The translations under genes and the position numbers were made by a program. Positions 1 through 12,739 of a DNA stretch of 64,000 bases are shown in pieces; within the stretch, counting starts at the first letter, position 1, and every line of letters begins with the position of its first letter. The notes under the pieces are model-generated. The model was not told the DNA's origin. It searched no databases and was given only the letters and a program-made list of their open reading frames with translations. Source of the DNA: Chiloscyllium plagiosum (lineage: Eukaryota); assembly GCF_004010195.1 (NCBI RefSeq), contig NC_057718.1, positions 30,820,767-30,884,766 on the forward strand. The letters are read 5' to 3'.

Positions 1-1194
1 GTGCTTTATTTTGCAAATGTTTTGTTTTCAAATGGTCAACACACACATACATACATAGATGTATGTCCAGCTCCTGACATTATAAATTAGTATTTCAGAT
101 AATCCATTTTCATAGCATATTGATCAAATACTTTTTCAAAATGTGAATTGACCCAGAACAATTTCCTTCCTGAATGTTTGATCCATTTGTTCCCTATTCT
201 GTGGTGAGAAACATTTTTCAAACCTTTCTCTGGCTCTTGAATTTGTATTTACTTCTTTCGGTCTTAAATAGCTGGCTGGCTTCAACATTTCATCTTTTCT
301 TTTCGAGGGAGCAAAAGATATGTTTGACACAAAAGAGGTATAAACTGAGCATTCTGGAGTGCAATAAATGAACAATTTGATTAGGTTGATGCTTGTCATG
401 TGGACTATGCGAGAGACTCCACTGTATGAGGATTATCATTGAATTGTTGGCTAAGTGCATCAATTACCAATAGTTGATCCTGACATTTGGTTTCAAAATG
501 TTCTTTTTCTGCATCTGTCTCTATCTCTGCCTCTATACCACATCTTTTCCAACCTCTCTCTTTCTTTCTCCCTCCCCACCTCTTTTTCTCAGTCCTACAA
601 TGTAGAAACCGCAGAAAAAGATTGTTTTAAGTAATTATTTAGGGCAAAGCAATTCTTATTTGTTCATTTCATACATCTGCAATGAACAAGCACGTGTGGG
701 CTTTGTTCTAATTTTTTAACAGCTGAGAAATCAAAGATGTGCCTACATCAACAGAGCAAATTGCATTTCAAATACTGCACATTAAAAAAGTTGAAATGGA
801 AGATCAGACTAAATGAGTCTCAGAAAGAATTGATTAAGTTTAAATTGATTCACAACATGATGAAATGTATTCTTTATCCTAGTTATTCAAAGCAATCATT
901 AGGGGTTTTCAAGTTTTGTAAGAACTGTACTCAAATATATTTTATAATTGTTGGTTTGATTGTAGAGTAATTACACTTTACAAACACTGCTGAAGCTCAC
1001 ATACTCTGCTGGAGATCAGTCTGAACTCCAGCTCACAGTGTGTGGCGATGTTGTTATAGGTCTGCTTTCCAAGTGATGTGAGTGGCATGTCTGTTTTTAA
1101 ATACCTTGAGAAGTGCCATCCAAGTAGTAATCAGTAGATTTCCCCATCCTACAGATGGCAGGTACACTGGCTGTTGGAGAACTATAACATTCAA

Positions 1195-1450
1195 ACTACA
1201 GGTAAGTCCGGAGTTAGCTAGTCTCGGCCATGACAATGATAGGGCACAATTGTTTCAGCTCAGCATCCTGAACCAAGGAGGGAAATTAACCAATATTGTT
1301 TCTCCTCATCACTATTCTGGGATTCTTCCTGGAATAGTATCAGTGTGTCAGCTAAGGTCAGGATAGAGCTTGATTGCAATGTCTCACAGTTGAATAGTTC
1401 ACTAATACTTATTGCCGAGAATCACAGATGGAAAATGGCCTCATGTGTAA
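1195..1450 (+). repeat. Degraded ancient SINE-like interspersed repeat (family uncertain)
   Basis: gagttagctagtctcggcc...cacaattgtttcagctcagcatcctg...gatggaaaatggcc resembles an old vertebrate tRNA-SINE body recalled from memory; highly diverged. Confidence 0.35.
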
Positions 1451-2199
1451 AACCATTGTTAACAGTATAAAGCACAATGTGATGAGGTGTTAGCGTTTTT
1501 AGGAGATTTGATTTACATCAAAGGTAAACGGATAGAAAAAAAGGATTCTTGCCTCTGGCAGATAGAAGGACCCTGCTTGAAATAAGTTTTTAATTCAAAC
1601 ACACGCAAACCGACATTACAAATTTTGACACTAATTGCCAGTGTCACTCAGGTCACAGGATTAATGTGTGGAAAATAGCAATTGATATGAGTTTGTCTCC
1701 AAAAGGGTGTTTTACTTGATGCAGCTCCTGTAACATAAGAAACTGGGCATGGATATCATGGTATTGAAGACTGCAACAGACATTGATTACAACTAACTAT
1801 TATGTAGAAATATTACATTCCTTGGGGACATGTGTACCTGGGCTACTGTTAGGCTAGTAGGTTATAACAGAAGAGAATGCATCCATCAGCATGTAGTGAT
1901 CTAAGTGACCTGAGGTGATCAGTAAGTTTTGCATGAGCAGTTAGGAGACAGCACATCCAGATGAAGACAGACAGTGTGAATGTGTGTTTCTGTGCATTTG
2001 GAGCAAAGTGGGAATTCAATGCAGAGGGGAAGAGATGCTTTTTGTGGTTTTTTTTGTGTTTAATAGTTTGTAAGGATTATATCAAGGACTAGGGAATAAG
2101 TTAATGATATTATTTGATATTAAGCATCTCCCAAAAGGTTTAATTTAAAGGGGTAAGCAGGGAAGGTTAAAGCAATAGTATGCAGAGTGACATAGAATA

Positions 2200-2365
2200 T
2201 TTTATATCACTTGAGAGAGCAGATGGGAGCTTCAATTTAATGCCTCATGAAATATGGCATTTCTAACAGTGCAGCACTGCTTCAATAGTGCACTTGAGTG
2301 TTAACCTGGATGTCTATGCTCAAATCTGTTGAACATACAATTTTCCAACTCAGAGGCAACAATGA
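2200..2365 (-). mobile_element. Deu-domain SINE fragment (SacSINE/AmnSINE-like)
   Basis: Reverse complement matches the 7095-7260 copy (ttgcctctgag...ttgagcatagacatccagg...gcactattgaagcagtgctgcactgtt). Confidence 0.6.
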
Positions 2366-2589
2366 TATCAACTGAGCAATAGAAGTACCCTAATTAAAAT
2401 TTTCTGGTCAACTATCAGTTTTCTGAATAATCATTTTGCTCTATTGAAACAGCTCTGAATTTTCTTATAACCTCCAGAGTATATAAAGGTCATTACTTTA
2501 TGTTTCTGCCACTAGAGTTATTCATCTATTTTGATTTTTTAAATTTAGTTAATGTTTCCTTGTTTTCACTTATATACTTAGTCTTAGTC

Positions 2590-3355
2590 TTCTTTGCTGC
2601 AATGTCCACTTCACTGTCCACAAGCTCCCACAGAAATGGAGCTAATCTACTGAGCAAACAGGAACCTATTCAACCTTCACGTCCATGGTCAGATCCAAGG
2701 TCATCTTATTCTCTATCATTGACAGATACTTGCACGTGCTCACACTCAGAGGTCAAGCTCAAGCCATCGTTAACACTTTCACCGAGTTAAATGAGAGCAT
2801 AGGCCTCACATTAAATATTCACCAGCCCAACCAAGTTGCACTGTTTCCCCAGTTATAAAGATCTACAGCAAGGTTGTGGGAGTCGACTGTCAACAAAGAC
2901 AGACATCAACAATGAATTTCAACACCACCTTCTGTGTGCCAGTGCAACCTTCGGTCACCTGAAGCAGGGTGATTTTGAAGACATGAAGTCCAGCATCAAG
3001 CTCATGGTCTAAAGAATAGCAATGATACCCACCAGCCTATATGGCTCAGAGATGTGGATTACGTATACAGGAGTCTCATAATTGTGGAGAAGTACCACCA
3101 GTACTGGCTCTGCAAGATCTTGCAAATCCATTGGCAGGATAGGTACACTGATGTTAGTGCTCTCAGTCAGACCAAGGTTCCCAGCAGTGAATTAATGACC
3201 ATGTTCTATCAGCTCTACTGGGCAGGCCACATTGTCAGTATGCTTAATATGAGATTGCTGTAATAAGCACTTTATTCAGAGCTTCAACACAGCTAGTGAG
3301 CTCCAGGAGATCTGAGAAAATGCTTCAAAGACATCCTCAAAGCCTTATCCAAAAA
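2590..3355 (+). mobile_element. RTE-clade LINE, degraded RT/C-terminal fragment
   Basis: Translated pieces LYGSEMW, EKYHQYWLCKILQIHWQDRYTDVSAL, QLYWAGHIVSM, KCFKDILKA match the RTE C-terminal pattern (LYGxETW...ILxIxWQD...QLRWAGH...RFKDxLK); stops and frameshifts. Confidence 0.8.
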
Positions 3356-3369
3356 GTGCAAAATCACAG

Positions 3370-4625
3370 TATTGGGGATAATGTATTAATATGGATTGAG
3401 GATTGAGGATGGTTTACACACAGGCGATTATTAGCTATTACAAGCTGGGAAGATGTTATTAGTGGAGTATCAAGGATCAATCCTGCGGCCTCAATTTATT
3501 TACTATCTATATTAATGAATTGGTGGAGGGGCTAGATGTAATACACCCAAATTAGCGGACAGTGCAAGAATAGGTGGGAAGGCATGTTGTAGTGACAACA
3601 TAAGAAATCTGCAAGGTGATGTGATTAGGTTGAGTAAGTGGGCAAAAATACGGAGTTTAATCTAAGAAAGTGTGAGGTCATGTACCTGATGAAGAATCAA
3701 AAGACAGGCTATTCTTTTAAATGGAGAGTGGCCACAAAAAGTGCGGTGCAGAAGGCTCTGGGCAGTACTGTGCAAGTAATTACGAAAGAGAGAAAGTGAA
3801 GACTGCAGATGTTGGAGATCAGAGTCAAGAGTTTGGTGGTGGAACAGCACAGCAGGTCAGGCAGCATCCGAGCAGCAGGAGAATCAATGTTTCGGGCATT
3901 CCTGATGAAGGACTTATGCCCGAAATGTTGATTCTCCTACTCCTTGGATGCTGCCTGACCTGCTGTGCTTTTCCAGCATCACACTCTCGACTAATTCATT
4001 AAGAAAGCATGTGGAATTCTGGCCTTTATTACTGTGTGGTTTGTAATTTAAAAATAGGTGTTGATGAGGCCCCACCTGGAGTACTGTTTACAATCTTGGT
4101 CCTTGTATTTAAGAAAGGATGTGTTGATATCAGAGGAAATTCAAAAGAGATTCGCAAGACTGACACCTGTGGTGATGTAGTTGATTTATCAAGAATGGCC
4201 ACACAGATTATGCCTTTATTCATTATATTTTAGAAGAATAAAGGGTGATCTTATTGAAATGTACAAGATTTTCATGGGGTTTGACATGGTAAATATTGAG
4301 AAAATGTTTCCACTAATGAGGGAATCTCAAACTTGGGGACATAATCATAAAATAACAGGACATTAAGTAACACAAAGACGTGTAAGAATTTCTCTCCCAG
4401 ACAGCAGTGAGTGGCTGGAATTCTCTACCACAGAGAATTGTGGAGGTTGCATCAGTAAAAGCATTTAAAGAGGATGCAGATATATTTTTGAAATATTTGG
4501 GAATTGAGGGCTATGATGAGTTGAAAGAGTTGAAGTCTGGGCAGATCAGCCATCGTTTTATTGAATGGCAGGGCAAGTTTTGAGGATCAAATGGTCTATT
4601 CCTGGTCCTATTTCTTACAGTCTTA
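3370..4625 (+). mobile_element. CR1 LINE 3' fragment (RT C-terminus + 3' UTR), interrupted at ~3789-3992
   Basis: Degenerate QGSxLxP, KCEVM, RPHLEYC, RRIKGDLIEMYKI motifs, then CR1-type 3' UTR. Confidence 0.85.
3789..3992. mobile_element. Short palindromic Penelope-end (pseudo-LTR) derivative, family A
   Basis: Same terminal sequence as the GIY-YIG elements at 5344 and 21520; ~75-bp inverted arms (3822-3898 / 3916-3992) around cctgatgaaggactt. Confidence 0.8.
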
Positions 4626-5343
4626 CTTTCTATATTGCCAACTGCAGAAATCTGTGCAAGACTGACTTAAGTTGAGGAAAGCATCTGGGAAGGATCTATG
4701 TACCTTGAGTATCCCCTTCAAAGGCAAGCTGAAGTCAAGTATCGACTAAGAAGCACATGGCAATCCACGCATCCCACCCTCCATTCCCCCAACCACCTTT
4801 TGGCCCACTCATGTCAGAGGATGTAGCACACGTATTAGGCTCTTCAGTCACCTGAGACCTCATTTTAATGAGGAAACAAGTCATTATTGACCATGACATA
4901 CTGTCTAACAAGAAGATTCACATTGGTTGCATTTTCAGAATTGTATCTTTAAAAGTATTCCTCTTGTCTTTCTGCATATCATTGTAATAAACTTTGTCAA
5001 TCTGTTTGCTTCGGTATTTTTAATTTAGCCTTTTTAAATTAAACATTTCCAAAACTTTTCATCTTGTATTCATCTGGACAAATGTAAGAACACCAAATTT
5101 CAAATTACACAAATTTATACTAGAAGAGCAAAGTTGTTGATTAGTTGGCAAGCCGACATTAATTATAGGTTATGAAGTTAAAGTTATAAATTATTTCCCT
5201 GTCTACTGGTCCTAGATATTTCTTAATCTCTGCTCATGATATGTTTTATTGTACTGTACCAACGAACATTTAAAAATGCTATGACATCTATTTTCTATAT
5301 TTAATATGAAGGACTTTGCAAATACAACATGGACATAGTATGG

Positions 5344-6042
5344 AGAAAGTGAGGACTGCAGATGCTGGAACTCAGAGCTGAAATTGTGTTGCTGGAAAAG
5401 CGCAGCAGGTTAGGCAGCATCCAAGGAGCAGGAGAATCAACGTTTCGGGCATGAGCCCTTCTTCAGGAATGAGGAAAGTGTGCCAAGCAGGCTAAGATAA
5501 AAGGTAGGGAGGAGGGACTTGGGGGAGGGGCGTTGGAAATGCGATAGGTGGAAGGAGGTTAAGGTGAGGGTGATAGGCCGGAGTGGGGGTGGGGGCGGAG
5601 AGGTCAGGAAGAAGATTGCAGGTTAGGAAGGTGGTGCTGAGTTCGAGGTTTGGGAATGAGACAAGGTGGGGGGAGTGGAAATGAGGAAACTGGAGAAATC
5701 TGAGTTCATCCCTTGTGGTTGGGGGGTTCCTCCAGCCGTCGTGTTGCTATGGTCTGGCGATGGAGGAGTCCAAGGACCTGCATGTATTTGGTGGAGTGGG
5801 AGGGGGAGTTAAAGTGTTGAGCCATGGGATTGTTGGGTAGGTTGGTCCGGGTGTCCCAGAGGTGTTCTCTGAAACGTTCCGCAAGTAGGCGGCCTGTCTC
5901 ACCAATATAAAGGAGGCCACATTGGGTGCAGCGGATGCAGTAAATGATGTGTGTGGAGGCGCAGGTGAATTTGTGGTGAATATAGAAGGATCCCTTGGGG
6001 CCTTGGAGGGAAGTAAGAGGGGAGGTGTGGGTGCACGTTTTG
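5344..6042 (-). mobile_element. Penelope-like retroelement 3' fragment encoding GIY-YIG endonuclease
   Basis: Minus frame reads CKTCTH...FTCASTHIIYCIRCTQCGLLYIGETGRLLAERFREH...AQHFNSPSH; flanked by direct repeat catagtatgg (5334-5343 / 6043-6052). Confidence 0.92.
5439..5466 (-). ncRNA. Minimal hammerhead ribozyme core in PLE terminus
   Basis: Minus strand CUGAAGA-A-GGGC-ucau-GCCC-GAAA-C-GUU: CUGANGA box, 4-bp stem II, GAAA, NUH triplet. Confidence 0.65.
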
Positions 6043-6085
6043 CATAGTATGGTTTAGATGAGCAATGCTTATTGTCTATTATAAC

Positions 6086-6212
6086 GTGCTGGTGTTGGAT
6101 TGGGGTGGACAAAGTTAAAAATCACACAACTGATGAAGGAGCAGTGCTCTGAAAGCTAGTACTTCCAAATAAACCTGTTAGACTATAACTTGGTGTTGTG
6201 TGATTTTTAACT
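6086..6212. mobile_element. Short palindromic PLE-end derivative, family B, with hammerhead core
   Basis: Perfect 18-bp inverted repeat agttaaaaatcacacaac (6113-6130) / gttgtgtgatttttaact (6195-6212); core CTGATGA-A-GGAGC-agt-GCTCT-GAAA-GCTA at 6130-6158. Confidence 0.7.
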
Positions 6213-7094
6213 GCGTTGGAATGATGTAATGATTATTTAGGTTTATGCAGAGGATGCATGACACTCATAGAATCCTGATTATGGGGTGGGGTAGGAGGAT
6301 GGTATGGGGGAAATAGATCTTTCAGAGAAAATATTCCCAGAAAATAACATTTAAGTACACAATATTGTGACAATAGATAAATGAAACAATATTGAATTAA
6401 ATTACTTTCCAACCAAGAAAGCCCATTTGAATGGAAACAAAATTGATTATCTGAATCCAAAGGTGCCTGTTCCTCATTTCTACTGCAGTACCACTGTTGT
6501 ATTTAACATCAGTTTCTGTGAAACCTACTAAATTTTAGCAAAAGATTTAACTTCCGATGCTTTAGAATTTCACTCAGTGGACTCCAACCACAGGGGAGCT
6601 CCCTCTCTACGCATAACAATGCTGGCCGTTAGTGAACCTTCATTGAGCTTATTTTAGGACCTACTTTGCTAAATTAGTCCTAAGAAATAAATAACCTTAA
6701 GCTATTATAGAAACTCTAAACATGTGACCCTTACTCTCCAAATAGCAAGGTAAACAATAGAAAATTCTTCGAAGCAAAATGACTGTGCTTTGAAGGCAAA
6801 GCTCAGTGAAGTTTCTCCCTGAGCACCAAAGGTAATCTCAAAAAACGCCAGGTTACCACCTTAATGTTGCAATCCCTATTATTAAACCCAGAACAGAGAT
6901 ATACTGCAACAACAGCCAAATAGTCACAGCAGGTGAGAAATCAATGTTCAACGGAACATTTGATCAACTACATCAAAATTTATTTTAATCTTTTATTTCA
7001 TTCTGACCTGAACACAATACTCATCTAGCTCTATTTCAGGAGGTTGTAGGTTCAAGCCCCACTTTAGGCTGGACCGTGTCAAGCTTGACTCACA

Positions 7095-7490
7095 ACCACT
7101 CTTGCCTCTGAGTCAGAAGGACATGGGTTCAAGTCCCACTTGAGAGAATTGAGCACATTATCTAGCTTGTCACTTCAGTGCAGCACTGAAGGAGTGCTAT
7201 ACTATTGGAGATGCCATTTTCCAGATGGATGTTAACCCAAAAGCCCAGTATTTGTTCAGGTGCTTGATAAAAAGGCTCAAGGCACATAATAATATTAGGG
7301 CAAACAATTTTGCCTGTATTCTGATAGACATTCATTCATCAAACATTATCAAAGCACACTAACTCTTAATATAGATATATGAAACCATTTGTCACTGTTA
7401 ATTGACCCCTATATTTGCCTGTGTGGCAACAGTGACTACAAGTAACTGATTGACTATAAAGAAATTTTTAAAATCCTGAGGATATAAATG
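7095..7490 (+). mobile_element. Deu-domain SINE (SacSINE/AmnSINE-like)
   Basis: cactcttgcctctgagtcagaagg...gggttcaagtcccac (B-box-like), then tcagtgcagcactgaaggagtgct body and caacagtgactaca tail; related copies at 2200, 42490, 49480. Confidence 0.7.
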
Positions 7491-8459
7491 AAAATTTATC
7501 TTCAGCTAACGTTACAATTTACTCCTTTGAGGATATTGGTCTTTTCTTGGGTACAGTTCCACAAAGGAATGGTGTTCTCTTCAGATGCTTGTTGTGATGA
7601 TAATTATTTCTGTATGGCCTTCAGAATAACAATTGTCTGAGTATTTGATTTTGTCATGCTATCTCTGTTTTGTCTGATCTTTGTTGGTCATTCACAGACG
7701 TGAACATACGAGGAGTCACAGAACAATGAATGTTTTGGCAACCTTGGCAATTTATTTCTTTGCTCACTCCACCAATCCAAGAGTAGTTGTTCTATCTTCA
7801 TCGAGGTTGAGATCACATAAAACAGTAGAGAATGAAAATTAACATGCACATGCTTTCAGAGACACTATTTGCATGTGCATCAGTTGGAAGTGCTTTAGAA
7901 TGCAATGTTACCATTTTCCAAACGCAGCTAACGCACAGCAGCTGCAAGGCAAATATACAGCAAGTAAAACTAAGTCCAGTGACCTGCTAAAGCAGGATTT
8001 TTTTGCAAGCTCAGAATTCTACACATGGTTTGTTGGTGTCTATGAGAAAACCATTTTCTGTAGCTTGGCTGCACTAACATGGGTTCACAGAGTATAATAG
8101 CATCCTTGGAGTTTTGTGATCATTCCACTAAATTACCTGATCTTGAAAGGTTTTTACTATTGTTTACAATTCCTGCACAAAGTATTGGAAGACATTATGG
8201 TGTCTCCTTTAAAATTTAAAATGGCCTGAAATGTATGCTGAGGACAGGCTCCCCATACACGGTCACTTATCTTATACATATGACTGATATATAGTATACA
8301 TTGAGGCAAATGTTGTAAAGGGAATGGTTCTGAAAGGATTAATGTTGGAGATTGCATTAAGCTCTATTCGGCTGACAATGTCACACAATGTTGACTGATG
8401 AAGAGTGATTCATAAGATCCCAATGTGATCAGATGTGTTATTTCTGGCTTCTTAAATTT

Positions 8460-9200
8460 GACAAAGCACTGGGACCAGATGAGATGCATTAAAGGAAACT
8501 GAAGGAACTGAGTGGAAATTGTAGGTCATAATCTTTCATTCCTCCCTATACTCAGGAGAGGTGCCAGAAGTCTGGAGAATTGCAAATATCAGGACCTTGT
8601 TTATTATAATTTGCAAGGATGATTCCAGCAATTACAAATCAATCACTTTAACCTCAGTGGTGAGGAAAATTTTAGATACAAGTATTCAAATAGAACTAGT
8701 CACAGAGTCATATAGCATGGAAACAGACTGTTTAGTCCAACTAGTCCACGCCAACCGTGTTCCCAAATTAGACTAGACCCAGTTGCATGCATTTGGCCCA
8801 TATATCTCCAAACCTTTCCTGTTCCATTTTATTAATAGGGGCACAGAATACAGGAGCTCGGAGGTTACGCTGAACTTTTATAAGAAACTTCTTAGTATTC
8901 AGCTGGCCATATGTGTGCGGTTCTGAAGACCATACTATTCAAAAGATGCAATCACATAGGAGAGAATGCATGCACAAGACTGTTTTCAGGGATGAGAAAC
9001 TTTAGTTATGAAGATAGATTAAGGAGATGGGAACTGTCCTTTATGCATAGAAGACTATAGGGAGATCTGATAGAAGTTATCAAAATCATGACAAGGCTGA
9101 AGAGAGTGCATAGGGAGACATTGCACCTACTCATTCACCATTCAAGAATGAAAGGATAGAAATTTAAAGTGTTTTACAAAAGAAGGAAATGTGACATGAG
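8460..9200 (+). mobile_element. Degraded CR1 RT fragments, with an opposite-strand CR1 3' tail at ~8700-8825
   Basis: VPEVWRIANI...DDSSNYKSITLTSVVRKIL (cf. VPEDWRxANV...NYRPVSLTSVVGK); later GDLIEVIKIM. Confidence 0.8.
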
Positions 9201-9204
9201 ATCA

Positions 9205-9300
9205 GAGGAATAATCAGACTGATCTCAAAACATGAACTCTGTTTCTCTCTCCATGACACTGCCAGACCTGCTGAGTTTCTCCAGTATTATGTTTGTTTTA
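9205..9300 (+). repeat. PLE-end-like short repeat, family C fragment
   Basis: aactctgtttctctctcca...ctgccagacctgctgagtttctccag matches the right arm of the 26188-26427 palindrome. Confidence 0.55.
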
Positions 9301-12300
9301 AACAAGCTAACTTGGTGCTGACAAAATAGTTGTGTGATTCCAGTGCTTACATTTTAACTGTAATTACCTGGCTATATTTATCTTTTGCTTACTTTTCATT
9401 GTATGACACTCCTCCTCCTCCTCATCACCGATAAGATATATTCCATGCTTACCCTGTTAATATGATATGACCTAATGTGCCAAATTCACTTATTTGACTT
9501 ACATTACATAATCAATTGCAACTAATACAACACTGAAGTAGTTTTCAGAGAACACAGTCACACTGGGCCTAAAGGGAGAGTCTGCAATACAGAAGCATTG
9601 AAGAATGAAAGGTGAAATTTTGGGCACGAAAGAGAGAGGGATCCAGGGGCACCTTATATCTCATTGGGTTTAAACACAGGGTATTTCTTTAAAAAAAACT
9701 TTAGTTCTAGTCAAGTGAACAAATTACAGGGATGTCAAATTTTATGAAGTAATGATTATATTATTCTCTTTAAAAAAGAACATTTACAACACCTAGACTT
9801 TTCCTGAACCATAGAGAAGGTGTATTATGTAATACAATTTCACCATTACTCGTGATTCTTTAAAAATCATGGAAAATATAAGTATTTTCAAGGCCCTTGT
9901 AATAAGATCATAGAATTTTACAGTACGCACAGTTCGGCCCATCATGTTGGTACTGGCTCCCGAAAGAGCTAAGAAGATAGAAATATGAACCTCTGTGGAT
10001 CTATTGCCCTCCTCTTCAGAGCTTCCTCAGAACTCCTACACCAGAAATTACTTTAAGAAGGTTGTGCATTGGCAACACACTTGAAATAATGTTTTATACC
10101 CTCTATTAAGCATTTAATTCTATCAGTTGCTTTACTGTTGCTGGCTTTTCAAGACTTGTTTAGTAACACCAAGGGAAATAGCCAGTAAGGAGGATATTAA
10201 GGAGAAACTATTTTCTTTCCAGTTCCTTTCCTAGCAAAGTTGGGGGAAGGGTGGGTGACTGTTTCTGCTGCTACATTTGGGAATGGCTTGCTGAAGAGCC
10301 CTTGTTCTACTCACTTTGAGCAACAAACACAATGAGAGCTAGGCAAACTAATGCTTGTCAGGGCACTAATTTTCAAAAGGTCAACAAGGAAAATGAATGT
10401 TCCTTTCTTCACTCTGTCCAACAAGAGGAGCTTAAAATCAGAGTCTGAGAAACCCAAGCCCTGAAAATTCAAGATGACAGCTTCTATCTCAGTTTAAATT
10501 TAAGTGGACAAAAAGAAGGCAAAAATTTCATGTTAGTACAAATGTGAAATTTTAGTAGTACATCACAAATGGGTTTGAAGTATATATAATTTTGTCTCTT
10601 TCATAAAATGTGGGTGTCTCTGGCTAGGCCTGCAAATAAATACCATGTATATTTCACAACATGGTCTATGGTAAAAATCTGGATTTTAATTGTTTCTTTT
10701 GTTTGAAACCAATCATTTAAACTAGGCTCACCAGTAACCAATGGCTAATAAGAAGACTGGAAATATTAAATATTGGACTGGCTGTGCTGCTATATTGCAT
10801 GTAGAACAATAGAATCTTACTTGTATATGTTGGGGTTCTCCACCTCCTGATGCTGCCTGGCTTGCTGTGTTCTCCCAGCCTCCTGTTTGTCCACCTTGAG
10901 GTTTTAAAAAGCTCACAAAAAGATTTGAACTGACTGAGCTTTCTCATGTTGCATTTGGTGGATTTCACGGTTCAAATAAGTGGAGGGTAGTCACTGAGGA
11001 ATGCTCTGGGCAGAATCTTATTGCGGCCTGCACTACGTGAGCTATGGTGAAACGTTTAGCAGAAACACATGAGGAAGTCTGACGAGGCCTATTGGGACCA
11101 ATTCGCTACATCTTTTAGACAAGGGGTGAGATTTCAATTCAGGGGAATTATCGCTTGTTAAACACCATATTACCTGCACGTCTTGACTCATTGTGATGCA
11201 GTTTTAAATCTTAGCAAACGCATCAGGCAAACTAGGCATCGAGAATTCTCAAAGAGGAAAGCAGAGGGGGTACTTGGCAACTTCAGCTCACTGCTGGCTG
11301 TGAGGAGCCTCCATGTGGCTCAGCACCAAACAATATCTCAGAGCATGATTCTTAGGCACCAACTGCATGCACCCTTCTCCATTGGTATCCAAGATTTGCC
11401 AACCCTTCACTATCCACATGGCACCTCTCTGATCCATTTAGGGAGCTCAGACCTGCCTTGCAGAGCATCTTGGCAAATTGGATTGAAAGGCCATTGCAAG
11501 GTCACTGCACCAAGGAACAGACAGACAGCTCATGGATTGGACCAGGAAGCATTTCAGGGCTACTCACTTCCTCTCTTAGTACCGACTTGCATGCTCGTGG
11601 CATCCCTGTCTTGCTTTGCTTGTTAGCATATTGCCACTTCAGCTAGAGTCTAAAGGCTATCAGTACTCCCTTACTGACATGCTTATTTGTGCAGACCCAC
11701 AGACAGGCTGCATGTCAATAGGGATCGCTCCAGGCTAGGAAGACATCTTGCTTATAGCACACTGAGATGCCAATCTAATTCCGACATCATGTGGAGCTGC
11801 CTGCTTGGCAAATGCATGGCAACAGAATGGTCATATTAGACAGTAGATGGGGCTTATCCAGATCCATTCAAGAGGGGCTGTTGTTGGTTAGAACATCCTG
11901 GAACCATCAGACAATGGCACAGCCTGAGGACAGTCCAAGGGTTTGGCCATGGCCTTTTATCCATTTAGATCAGGCACAATCAGGGAACCACAGTCTAGGG
12001 TATGGACAACAGTAAATCTTGTAAGGCCATTACAAACAGTCAAGAGAATTGATGATCATCAATTGGAGTCTGTCAGAGGTTTGGGCAAATACAGTCCTTG
12101 GTGTCTGTACATTGATCATTGCGGAGGGTTCAAGGGTGATACTGTAGGGTCAGCAAAGGGATCATTGCCAAAAGGGGTGGGAGATTCAAGGCTTGAGGTG
12201 GGGGGGGGAATTGAGGGTGAGGTGGAACAACATCAGAGGGTATATTGTAGGTTTCAAGAGGAGGAGATATCAGCAATGACCACAACCACGTGGCCTCCAT

Positions 12301-12316
12301 TGGGGATGTGTCAAGT

Positions 12317-12628
12317 ACCTGGGGTCGGGGAGTCCAGAACTAGAGGGCATAGGTTTAGGGTGACAGGGGAAAGATATAAAAGAGACCTAAGGGGCAACTT
12401 TTTCACATAGAGGGTGGTACGTGTATGGAATGAGTTGCCAGATGATGTGGTGGAGGCTGGTACAATTGCAACATTTAAGAGGCATTTGGATGGGTATATG
12501 AATAAGAAGAGTTTGGAGGGATATGAGCCGGGAGCTGGCAGGTGGGACTAGATTGGGTTGGGATATCTTGTCGGCATGGACGGGTTGGACCGAAGAGTCT
12601 GTACATCTCTATGACTCTATGACTCTAC
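12317..12628 (+). mobile_element. Young CR1 3' end
   Basis: PGVGESRTRGHRFRV..ERYKRDLRGNFFT, ending in a (tctatgac)n-type tail; near-identical to 56475-56800. Confidence 0.92.
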
Positions 12629-12739
12629 AGGGTGAGTGTCATTAAGGTGTAATGTAGGGACTCAGGAGGCAAGGAGAACAATTAGACAAAGTTCAATGAG
12701 ATGGGTCTCCACATGGGAGTATGGTTTAGCATGTTATAT

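Noticed and set aside
5050..5085. Further hammerhead-like remnant (minus strand ccagatgaatacaagatgaaaag)
   Set aside because: Core box and stem II too degenerate to support
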